Positions 1-10,227 of a stretch of DNA of 55,478 nucleotides are shown here, piece after piece (positions within the stretch are counted from its first letter, which is position 1; every line of letters starts with the position of its first letter). Below the pieces are notes generated by a model. It saw only the letters and a list, made by a program, of their open reading frames with translations, searched no databases and was not told where the DNA came from. Position numbers and translations under genes: made by a program. This stretch comes from Chiloscyllium plagiosum (Eukaryota): positions 13,505,979 to 13,561,456 of the forward strand of contig NC_057753.1 of assembly GCF_004010195.1 (NCBI RefSeq), written 5' to 3'.

Positions 1-287
1 GACGGCAGAGTCAGAGACAAGAGCAGCAGTGATATTTAAAGGAAATATTTTCTTTTCTTTGTCCAGAGTAGAAGAAAGCTTGTCAGAGAAATCTGGAAAG
101 GTATGTCCTTCTTCCTTGTTGAATCTTCTCAGTAAATATCCGGGCGCTTTCCCGGGATACTGGATGTACCAAAAAAGCACTGGAGAAGTGGACTGTGCTG
201 AGTAATTACAGTTGAATATTACAGTGTCTCCTTCCTGAACCGTTTTTTCAAGTGGATTCTGGGAAACTGAATCTTGGCCACGCGCAC
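1..287 (-). CDS. TCR V segment 1 (alpha/delta-like), V exon, truncated by window edge
   Basis: Not in the ORF track. After the acceptor ttgcag (AG at 289-288) the minus strand reads (G)ARGQDSVSQNPLEKTVQEGDTVIFNCNYSAQSTSPVLFWYIQYPGKAPGYLLRRFNKEEGHTFPDFSDKLSSTLDKEKKIFPLNITAALVSDSAV. It has the first Cys, WYxQ and DSAV just before the expected YYC. Confidence 0.92.
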
Positions 288-369
288 CTGCAACAAACAC
301 AATGAAGTTGTCAATAAGTTGAAGGTCGAACTAGTGAAGCTTATCTTGACGATTTTAAGACAGACTTAC

Positions 370-415
370 CTGACACCACAGTCATTATAATCAGTAAAGC
401 ACATAAAAAGCACAT
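370..415 (-). CDS. Leader exon of V segment 1
   Basis: ATG at 415, MCFLCALLIIMTVVS plus G (46 nt). Phase-1 donor GTAAGT at 369 and an 82-nt intron, in frame with the V exon. Confidence 0.9.
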
Positions 416-543
416 GTTCCCGGTTCGACAGTGAACAACACAGTTTTTAAAATATTTTGACCTTCTGATCTTACACGAGGGACTGAACCCCGATCAGAAA
501 CAATCTTCGCTTTCTGGGCAAGTGATACATTTGGTTTGATTCA

Positions 544-624
544 ATTGGCTGGTTTCTAGGTCTGACGTCCCCACTGGACCAATCACAGTTAATACAGGAC
601 CGAATACAGCTGACGCTCTCCAAT
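544..624 (-). promoter_or_regulatory. Putative promoter of V segment 1
   Basis: ATTGG 544-548, CRE-like TGACGTC 563-569, CCAAT 579-583, E-box CAGCTG 607-612 overlapping TGACG 611-615, CCAAT 620-624. All lie 130-210 bp upstream of the leader ATG. Confidence 0.5.
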
Positions 625-1259
625 CTCTTCCCTGGCTCTCTTGCTCACCCTGTTGCTCTTTCTGATACTTTCAGCTATTCTGTCTCCTTTCCCCATTACA
701 GTATATTTTCTGCAGCGATCGTTCGGTCACTCTTCCGAGAGGTAGATCTGTCTCTGTAGGTCAGATGAAATATGAAATAATTCAAAATTATTTTATTACT
801 CAGGTCTCATCAAAGTGTACACTCAAGGTCCATAATTAATTGTCACTGTGTGAAGCTCAGCAAGGAAATGACAGGCAGTTATCCACTTCGAAACTGAATT
901 GTGGTACTAGTGGGGCTGATCGTGTTTTGACAAATTGCTGACTTCAAATTTAAACTATTTTTATCCCACGAATTTTAACATTTTCACCGCATCAATCATT
1001 CCACCAACCAAATTACAGATTATGTCAGGTTTCAAATTTAGATCGGCACCAGATCTGGAACTTTTAGAAGTGAAATTAATTAAGTTACTTACCAAAGACA
1101 TCTTCAAAAGATCCTGATGAATTGTAAGGGAACGATGCCATTCGCCCTTTCGAACTGCTTCCGAAAAGCAGTTTCATGCAGACATAACAACAGTCACACA
1201 CATACACATATATACACACACACGCACACAATCAGAGGCAATATGGAGGGCGACTGATT

Positions 1260-1680
1260 CAAGGGACGAAAGTACACATTAATCACCAGGAAATTAACTT
1301 GTGCATGAATATCCTTTAGCCATGGGACTTCATGAGGTGTGGAGACAATGCCAAGGATTGTGAGGGCAACTCCCTCCTGATTGCATACTATGGAGTGGCT
1401 CCCTCTGCGCAATCTGTCCTGCGGGTGGGATGGAACATGCCTAGGGAGGGTGATCGTTGTCTCTCAGATGGTGTCTATCAGATATGATTCCATAGTTATG
1501 AGTATGTCAGGCTGTTGCTTGACTAGTCTGTAAGACAGCTCTCCAAATTTGGCACTACTTCCCCACATTTTCGTTAGGACAACTTTGCAGAGTCCACATT
1601 ATTCTTTCTGCTGTTATTTTTTCTGATACCTCGTTCGATGTCATGTAGATCATGCCTTTGTTGAGACTTCAAAGAACTTG
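1260..1680 (-). mobile_element. Old non-LTR retrotransposon fragment (AP-endonuclease N-terminus)
   Basis: Degenerate minus-strand translation LVKQQPDILITMESYL...HPQDRLRRGSHSIVCNQEG...NVYFRP resembles an APE domain. A paralogous copy lies at ~11480-11850. Confidence 0.55.
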
Positions 1681-1688
1681 ATAGACTT

Positions 1689-2010
1689 GGGTGGCACGAT
1701 GGCCCAATGGTTAGCACTACTACCTCGGAGCACCAGGCACTGGCGCTCAATTCTAGCCTTGGGCAAAATGTCTGTGTTGCAAATTCTCCTGTGTTTGCGT
1801 GGGTTACATCTGGGTGCTCTGGTTTTCTCCTACTATCTAAATATGTGCTGGTTTGGTGAATTGGCCATGGTAAAATAATCCATACTGCTCAAGGATATGT
1901 CAGGGGAGATATAGAGTTATAGGATTGAGTCCGGGTTGGTTACTTTTTGGAGGATGGTTTGGACTTGTTAGGCCAAATAGCCTGTTTTCACACTGCAGGG
2001 ATTCTATGAC
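1689..2010 (+). mobile_element. tRNA-derived V-SINE (HE1-like), degenerate
   Basis: GGTGGCACGATGGCCCAATGGTTAGCACT head, V-domain-like middle and GAATTGGCCATG. Duplicated at 11858-12185. Confidence 0.75.
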
Positions 2011-3506
2011 ATCTTCGAATAGAGTAGTTAGCTAGACCATGCTGTGGATCTGTAGTCACAGATGTGCTAGATCAAGTGAGAACAGAGGATATCCCCTAAG
2101 TATGTTACTGAATCACGTCAATCAATGCTCAGTGTTTTCATGGTCATTATTGGACTCTTAATTCCAAATGTTTAATTTTATTCAACTCAAATTTCACCAT
2201 CTACTTTGGTGGGATTCAAATCCCGGTTCCCATAATATTAGCTGACTCTGGAATAATAATCAAGCGATAACACTAATAGGTCATCTCCTCCTAATTTTGT
2301 GAACTTTTTGCAAAGCTTTCCTTTTAAAACATACTTTCCATTTCCTTTTGAAATTTCCCTTTGAAGGTTATTAAACAAACATTTCAGGTAATATATTCCA
2401 GCTCATTTTAATTCATTAGAACGAATGAGGCATATCTCAAAGGTCAGTGTGTGGGATGCACATATCATGACAAGAGGAAATTCTTGGACACAATGCAAAA
2501 TTTTCTTTATTTGGTATTCCAACTATTACCATTATTAAGGGACTTTATAGATCCATTTCACCTGCAAGCAGCTTCACTTCACTTGGAGGTCGCCACAGAT
2601 GATGTTACCTAGCCTGGTAATGAAACATCTGGATATCAAAACTACAGCTCAGCGAGCAAACCTACACCCTAAATCTCAACCTGAGCTACAAACCATCACA
2701 AACCTTGTAAAAGAATCTCAAATCTGAACAATGGAAACTATGAAAATTTGAGTGGCAAATTGTATATTATGGATTGCCAAAATACACAAAATGATTTGAA
2801 AGTACAAAGGCAGTACTGAGTGATTGAAGATGTATTATATGGTCTGTATTTATTATTTCTTCCTTGAAAACACCAATGTGCAGCTGGAAAAATAAATCAG
2901 CTATGGCAAACGAAAGATTGAAGACATGTATGTTTTATGGCTTGCAAGGCTGTAAAAAACAGTGAGAAGCCAAAGGATTGAAAGCAATTTACAATTCAAC
3001 AAAGAATGACCAAAAGGGGAAAAGAGAAGATGCATGGAATCTCAAGGAAATCATAAATGTGGACTGTAGAAGTTGCTTACGTAGATGAAATGCAGAAAAA
3101 CACAAAAACATACTGGATTGACACCCAAGGCCATCAGCTCCAATATTCACTGCTTTATCCCTAATGCAGAGTAACACAAACGTGGCCACAATATGTACTG
3201 CCAAAATCGCCGAGTGTCCTGTAACAGAACATTCTCATGCTCTCTACCACTTAGAAAGACAAAGCCAGTAGGTACATAGGAACTCTTTACTCCCAGACCA
3301 TACTTATCCGTCACGTAGACCTACATCACATTCCTTGATAATCACCTGATCAAGATCCTGGAACTCTCTTGATAACAACAATGTGGGTGCCATAGCTCAG
3401 GAAGTCATGCAGACATTCAAAAAGGTTGGGCACCACCACCTTCTCCCGGTCAATTAGGTTTGGTCAAATCCTCTCTCCCTGGTTCTCTGTGCTGCAAGCG
3501 ATACAA

Positions 3507-3523
3507 TGCCACCCTCTGCTGGC
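3507..3523 (-). promoter_or_regulatory. CTCF motif, reverse orientation (copy A)
   Basis: Minus strand GCCAGCAGAGGGTGGCA closely fits the CTCF core consensus. Identical in copy B at 19076-19092. Confidence 0.6.
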
Positions 3524-4464
3524 GGCTGCACGCCATTGCTCTGATAGAGGGTAAAAATCGTTGAGGATTATGTCAAAGGAATGGCAGCAATGCACTGCAT
3601 TGTTCAAATGTACAACAACATCTGCTCACATACTTAGTCAGTGTGGCAATGACAGACGTGATCAATGTGAACCATTGTGTGCCACCTTCAGAAAATGAAT
3701 GTGCCAAAGAAGACAGATTAAGAAGCAACAAGTCCTACAAACAGAAGTGTCAACATAAAGAACATTGTGAACAGGAGCAATTGAAATGCCAGCCCAGTTT
3801 ATTTTGTCACCCGTAACACAAAGGTTTTGTGTGTCTGGCTTCTCTGCATTCAAGGAACCCAGGGTAGTAGTTGTTCATGGCAGTAAGAGTTGCAACAATT
3901 GAAATATATATCATCAGTTCATAATTGTTAACCTGTATCTGGAATACATTCATTTGTAATGAATACAAATTTATGTTAAGTACAGAAGCCCGGGCCAGGA
4001 TGTCTGCTAATTTGGTACTGAACGACAGGGAAATACGGAATTTTGTGAACTTTGATAAATTCTTTAACGTTTGGAACTGCAGGTCTTGTGGCGACCTAGG
4101 CATTCGAATCAACCAGCTGTATTCGTAAATGTAAATTTTTAACTTTCTTCTGTGATGGGAGATGTGGCTCTAGCTCTGAATTTGCATCATTATCCCTAAG
4201 ACCTGAATTAGATTTCTGATTTCCTAAATACACTCACTACGCTTCAAAAAGTCAGTTTTTGAACAATGCTCCAGCACCTAGAACGCATTATCCTGCTGCA
4301 TGAAAAGTATTTTGGAATTGTCCACCCTTCACTTATGGCGAAGACATTCAGAATCAGTTGGAGACATCTCTCAAGTAAAGACCACTGCCTTTTGAGGAAG
4401 GACATTCCCAAGTCTCACAAAGCACTGACAGATAAGTTTTCCCTCTTCCCTGATTTAAATGGAG

Positions 4465-5400
4465 AGAGTCATACAGTCCTCTAGCAGATTGGCCCTCTGC
4501 CTCAAATGGTCCATGCTGCCTGTTCACACGAACAACATTTCCCTGCACTTGGCCCATATCCTTCTATCCACGTACTTATCTCAATGCCTCTTAAATGTAG
4601 CTAATGTACCAGCCTCAACCATTTCCGCTGGCAGTTCATTCCACATGAATACTACCCTCTGTGTTAAAAAAAAGTTGCCCTTAGGCTCCCTTTCATTCTT
4701 TTCCCTTAAATCGATACCCTCTTGTTCTTGATTCCACAACTCTGGGAACAGACTGAGTACATCCACATTATGCATGCCTCTCATGGTTTTATACACCTCG
4801 ATTAGATCGACCCCACCCCATCCTTGCTCCCCACACTCTCCTACACTCTGAAGATAAAAGTCCTAGTTTGACCAATCTCTCCTCATAAATCAAACCACTG
4901 AGTCTATAAACATGCGTGTAAATTTCTTCTGCACTTTTTCCATTGTTTTACATCCTTCATATAGCAAGGTGACCAAACTGAGCACAATACTCCAAGTGCG
5001 GCCTCACCTACGTCCTGTGCAATTGCAACATAACTTCATAATTTCTACATTCAATTCCCTGACTGATGAAGGCTAGTGTGCCAAAAACCTTCTTAACTGC
5101 CCTGTCTGACTGTGACTTCCAGAGAACCGTGTACCTGAACACCAAGGTCCATCTGTTGCATTACAGTCCTTAAGGCCCTACCATCCATTATGAAGCTCGT
5201 GCTTTGAATTAACTTTCTAAAATGCAAACCTCACACTTATCTATATCAAATTCCATTTGTCATTTCTGGCCCAGTTCCCCAGATAATTAAGGTCCTGCTG
5301 CAATTTCTGCTAACCTTCCTCACTGACCACGAAACCTCCGATTTTAGTGTCATCTACAAACTTACTGTTCATGCCTTGTACATTTTCATCCAAATCATTG
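4465..5400 (-). mobile_element. CR1-type LINE, 3' fragment
   Basis: Minus-strand ORF ...FFLTQRVVFMWNELPAEMVEAGTLATFKRH is the CR1 ORF2 C-terminus. Paralog at ~20100-21030. Confidence 0.8.
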
Positions 5401-5664
5401 ATACCAGATCATTGGAGAGCTGTGTAAAAATGTTTGTGTTGAAACTATACCCCTCGTTCTACTACGTCATGAATATTAGAAAGTCGCCATTGAAAAATTC
5501 CCAATCTGAGCCCCCTTAAAATATTTTCTGAGATGTCTACCACTTGGATTCAACAGCAGGCCGTGGAACAACATTATATTATCCAGAAGACAGCAACAAG
5601 CAGAAAACTGTGAAACTGTAATTCTTTCAACACCAAGACAGAAATAATGTCCATTGCACGCAGA

Positions 5665-5900
5665 GATGGACACATACATTCACAAGCATGTGCACAAACA
5701 CACACACACACAAAGAGACAAAGATAAACACAGACACACATACATGTAAACACACACAGGGACACGCACATGAACACACAGAAATGCACATTGGTAACAT
5801 CATAAAAGTACGCATATACACGGACAGCAACACACATAAATAGATGCGCAGACAGAAATGCAAACAGAAAGAAACACAGACATGCACGCGCACACAAAAG
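5665..5900. repeat. CA-rich low-complexity tract
   Basis: Imperfect (CA)n/ACAG repeats. Paralog at ~21300-21535. Confidence 0.8.
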
Positions 5901-5974
5901 CACGAACCTAAAATTTAGCAAGTACCCTGCTTCCTTTCATTTTGCGTGCTATCTGTTGCTCCCCTTCTGTCCAC

Positions 5975-6510
5975 ATTTAGATCATTGAACATTACAGCGC
6001 AGTACAGGCCTTCGGCCCTCAATGTTGCGACGACCTGTGAAACCAATCTGAAGCCTGTCTAATCCCCACATTCTTTTCTCGTCCAAATGAATATCCAATG
6101 ATCATTTAAATGCTCTTGGAGTAAGCGAGTCTACTACTGCTGCAGCAAGTGTGTTCCAGGCCTCTTCTGCTCTCTGAGTAAAGAAACTACCTATGATATC
6201 TGTCCTATATCTATCAGTCCTCTGTTTAAAGTCATGTCCTGTCGTGCTAGCCATCGCCATCCGAGGAAAACGGCTCTCACTGCCCACCCAAAATAAGACT
6301 CTAATTATCTTATCTGTCTCAATTAAGTCAGCTCTCGACCGTCTTTTTTTCTTCCAAAAACAGCATCAAGTCCCTCAACTAATCTTCGTTACATCTTCAC
6401 TCCATACCAGGCAACAGCCTAGTAAATCTCGTCTAAACCCTTTCCAAAGTTTGCGCATCCTTCCTGTAATGTTGTGACCAGAACTGTACGCAATGTTCCA
6501 AGTGTGGCCG
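5975..6510 (-). mobile_element. CR1-type LINE, 3' fragment
   Basis: Minus-strand ...GSFFTQRAEEAWNTLAAAVVDS..FK. Paralog at ~21615-22150. Confidence 0.75.
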
Positions 6511-7098
6511 CATCATTCCGTTTCAGTTTCTGAAGTACCAGTAGAAAGAATGAACAGCATCTTCCAATAGAAGCAGATTGTAGAGATGTTTCCACAATAT
6601 GGGCAGGCGCATCAGAGAAAGGTGGGTGAAGATGTGCATTTTTATGCGTGTATGTGCGCGCGTGCGCACGCATGCATGCACGTGTATGTGTATGCAGGTG
6701 AGAGAGGAGTTTATTTCAGGAAGATGACCATAAGATAATGAGTTACCAATGTTGCTCTTCCTGTTAGTATAGTGCACAGAATGGAAATAAATGTTCACAG
6801 TGCATTGTGCTGAGGTGACACGCCGCTTCAAATCATAGACCAAAATTGTAGGATAAATATTGAGTTCTTTTGCTTGATTTAATGAGGCTGATCAAAGTGT
6901 GGAATACAGTTTCAGTGGCAATGCGTGAAGAAAATACCCCGAAATCATTGGCTGCTGCATTTGAAATAAAATGTGCAGAGTAAACCAGGGAACGTTTTTT
7001 GGGGGGGAGGGCGAGGAGGGTATTTTTATCTTCGTTGACAATGAGCCATGTGAACGCAATTGTGTTGAGAAAATTTAAGTCGCAATTTCCGGATGAAG

Positions 7099-7112
7099 CC
7101 ACTAGAGGGCAG
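7099..7112 (+). promoter_or_regulatory. CTCF motif in promoter of single-exon V (copy A)
   Basis: CCACTAGAGGGCAG is a near-perfect CTCF core, ~230 bp upstream of ATG 7343. A GC box GAGGGCGGAG follows at 7140-7149. Identical 14-mer in copy B. Confidence 0.7.
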
Positions 7113-7342
7113 GGTGAATCTGCGACATTTATTGAATGTGAGGGCGGAGTGACATTACACACCCTGTGAGCAACTGTCAGTGTGAAAGACTTGTAACCGA
7201 AAGATAAACTCCAAGACACAAAATATTCCAAAACTTCGAAAGAAGGCAGGACTGTGTTCGACACGAAAAGAGTGTTTTTCTAGTTATTAACTCCTTTTTT
7301 TTTGCAACAAAACTCTGTCGACCTTACGTTTCATGTGACTCG

Positions 7343-7680
7343 ATGATGTCTGAAATTTACCGAGTTCTTTTCCTGCTTTCCTCTCTGATCTACACGGTAG
7401 AAACTGGAGAGGACGAAGTTACGCAACTTGCTCAGTGGACAGTTGTTAAGGAGGCAGAAAATGCTTCCATGGAGTGCTCCCGAACCACGACATCTGGCAC
7501 AGTGCATTGGTACAGACAGTTCCCGAACCAGCCGCCCCACTATCTGGTGATGGCCAAAAGAGAGGCTGATCAACATGAGAGGATCTCCGCTTCTGTCAGT
7601 ACAGACTACAAACAAAGTGTCCTAAGTGTGAGAGATGCCAGACTTAACGACACCGCCATCTATCTCTGTGCCAATGGAGG
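7343..7680 (+). CDS. TCR V segment 2A: leader and V domain in a single exon
   Basis: Uninterrupted ORF: hydrophobic leader MMSEIYRVLFLLSSLIYTVETG, then EDEVTQ...MEC...WYRQFPNQPPHY...DTAIYLCANG, directly followed by an RSS. Confidence 0.93.
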
Positions 7681-7719
7681 CACAGTCGTATAAACAGAGG
7701 GAGAGTCTGAACAAAAACC
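7681..7719 (+). other. 23-bp-spacer recombination signal sequence of V2A
   Basis: CACAGTC (7681-7687), 23 nt, ACAAAAACC (7711-7719). Confidence 0.95.
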
Positions 7720-8900
7720 GATGCAGAGTCCGTGTCTCCCAGTGCTGAGTATGAAAGTTATTATTTCAGGGCTCTATAATTCGATGTTAAGGAGAATGCG
7801 GTAAGAAAAAAAAGATAATATAGCCCAGCAAGAGGTAAAGAGTGCAAGAAGTGAAGAGAATTCGAAATCTGGGCGGAGACAAAGCAAGCATATACAGCTA
7901 TGCCTCCATCAGTGAAAGATGAGAGGAAGAGCAGAAATAAAGTAACAGTGCATGTAGAAGATAAAATGGTGATAAACTATTGAAAAATAAATGGAAAAAT
8001 AACGAGTGTGATGCATATCCATTAAATATTAAATCAATTTTAGTCATAAATCAACCGTGAACGAAAGTAAAGCGGCAATTATTTTAATATCATTCACATT
8101 TCATTAACAGTCACACAATCCAGTCGACTCAAATATGCTTCCGAAAACCTAATCATTCGATATCATCAAATCGACTCAATTGTTCATTCCCTGGTTCTGC
8201 AATATTCCGACATGATCTTCCAGAGGAAGCGGTAGCCCCACTCACTTAACCTCTTTATGTCTTTCACGCATACTCATTGAGCATCCTCATCACTTGCCTT
8301 GCCATTAGTATTTTTTTTTGTTTTTGACAAAATACATTACCTTCTATGAAGTTTTACAGAATCTGCTCTCTTGCCACTCCCATTCAGTCTCTCAGAGAAA
8401 CTCTATCATCATGTCTTCCGTCAAAAATGTATGTAGTATTTGGGAATTGCAGGCAATTGTGGCATGCATCACAAATATACCTTGATAATGTGGCATTGAG
8501 CCATTTTCTCCAGGTGCTGCAATGTATCCTGTATAGATGCCATGGATACATTTGCTATAGCACAATGCCAAATTAAAGAAATTTATCAGAAAATGCAGCA
8601 AAATTAACATTCCACTCTACCATTTAAATAATTCAAAATGCAGCTTTTCTTTAAATTGACATCACTGTGAGCAAAATCCTCAAACACACTGACCCTCAGC
8701 CTAGGCTAAAGGAAGCTCCCAAAACATCAGAGAGCAGCTCTTTTAACTGGGAAACCTGTTTCTGATTGGAACAACATGGACTGTGTTCCTTCTCTGACTT
8801 CGCCTATAGGCAAATAAAACTGGTTTAAATATTGGTTTAAAGTCATTGTAAAACCCCGTGATCTGGCGAATAATTTCATCGTGTTCCTTTCTCTTGAGGT

Positions 8901-9010
8901 CACCTGAAATGACGTTCAAGGAGCTTGACGCTGATTGGTTTGTCTTGAAGAACAAAGGCGATTCAACCTCATTGGTTGTCACCTGATGCCTTTGTCAACA
9001 ATGAACCAAT
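8901..9010 (+). promoter_or_regulatory. Putative promoter of V3A
   Basis: E-boxes CACCTG at 8901 and 8980, TGACG at 8910 and 8926, CCAAT boxes at 8934, 8971 and 9006, TCF/Sox-like AACAAAG at 8951. Mostly conserved at 24835-24943. Confidence 0.55.
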
Positions 9011-9102
9011 GGGCAGAGATCTGGAAATGTTAGCAATTCTTGACGAAAGTTATTTTAGCTTCGACCAGTTCTGTTCACATTCTCTGTGATCTCTCTGTAA
9101 TA

Positions 9103-9154
9103 ATGTCGCCTGGAGCATTGTGTTTATACCTCACAGCTGCAGCTGTTCTAACGG
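9103..9154 (+). CDS. Leader exon of V3A
   Basis: MSPGALCLYLTAAAVLT plus G. Phase-1 donor GTAGGT at 9155 and a 730-nt intron to the acceptor ttttacag ending at 9884, in frame with the V exon. Confidence 0.85.
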
Positions 9155-9884
9155 GTAGGTTGATAACTTGAGGATCTCTCTGTTCCAGATCAGCAGCGGC
9201 AATTACATTTACCCAAACAGTTCCATCAACACAGAGGCAGCGATACATTTTCTCCAAGTGAAAATACTCATGTGGAGCCAAAATTTTCCAACACCAGCAC
9301 CGTTTGGGATGAGTTAGCAAACGACCGTGAGTGAAAGACAGTGGAAGAATTAGGTTGGGAGGTAAGCAGGTTTGGTCCGTTCAGATACTTTCACAGAGGT
9401 GAGAGCTTTAAGCACACGTTCCGTTTTCTGTTTCCCTTCAGGATCGGGAGCGAAATGGAAAATGACCTTGTTGTGACCTGGTTATGAAGGTGGTTTTATT
9501 TAATCTGTCAAAACTCTTTATCAATGCATCTGCTGAGTTCCATGATGTTTATTCTTTTTTAGCTTCCCGAATTTATTTCTCAGATTATTGTTCAAGGTAA
9601 CAGGATGACTGTGGCATAAGAATAATGAAGTGTTCTCTGTAATTTCCGGATTCTCCTGGAGTCTCTAACTTCAAGTGCTAATCTTCTTAATGTTGACCTT
9701 TGCAGCAAACCTGTATGCATCTGTCCAAGTTTGTTCTCCTCATCCTATGATTTGCACTGTTTATCCTTCTTTACTATGATCTGTCTATACCACCCGTAAA
9801 CAAAGCTTTTCACTGCACTGAGGTACACTTGACATGTAGTCCATCAATTAACCAATCAAATAAATCAAGCGATCAATTTTACAG

Positions 9885-10227
9885 AACTTTGTCGAGGAGA
9901 TTCTGTCTCACAGACACCGGCTTTGATCGTAGTGAATGTGGGGGACAGTGTCCAGTTGTTCTGTAATTATACTACCATAAGCAGCACTCCTTACCTGTTC
10001 TGGTACCGTCAACATTCCAGTTGTTCCATGGAATTTCTGCTATGGAGAAGCAAATTTAGCGGGAACACAGAGAAGTTTCACAGAGACCGGCTATCCTCAG
10101 AGCTCGATCACGTGAACCACACCATCAACCTGAAAGTGGTCAAAATAGAACTGGCAGACCCTGCAGTGTACTACTGCGCACTGAGACCCTCGGAGTCTCA
10201 GAACTGGGTTGACCCTGTGCATACACT
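9885..10227 (+). pseudogene. TCR V segment 3A: open V exon (9885-10188) with a defective RSS
   Basis: (E)LCRGDSVSQTPALIVVNVGDSVQLFCNY...LFWYRQ...ADPAVYYCALRP. The RSS position reads CTCGGAG (10189-10195), 23 nt, GCATACACT (10219-10227). The CAC needed for RAG cleavage is lost. Confidence 0.82.

Noticed and set aside
2594-2630. Hammerhead-like CAGATGATGTTACC-TAGCCT-GGTAATGAAACATC in a short PLE remnant, with similar decayed motifs near 11340-11370, 27020-27050, 28005-28038, 28265-28300, 33505-33540 and 34375-34405
   Set aside because: Core nucleotides or stems are mutated. Treated as dead PLE termini, not listed as ribozymes.
5476-5921. Cys/Val-rich minus-strand ORFs (also 21073-21614)
   Set aside because: Translation of CA-rich low-complexity DNA.
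6796-6802. Isolated CACAGTG heptamer (also 37499-37505)
   Set aside because: No nonamer at 12 or 23 nt and no adjacent V, D or J coding sequence.
9524-9583. Leader-like stretch (ATGATGTTTATTCTT...TTCTCAG) inside the V3 intron
   Set aside because: Copy A has an in-frame stop and no GT donor. Copy B has no ATG. An intact leader exists at 9103 and 25036.
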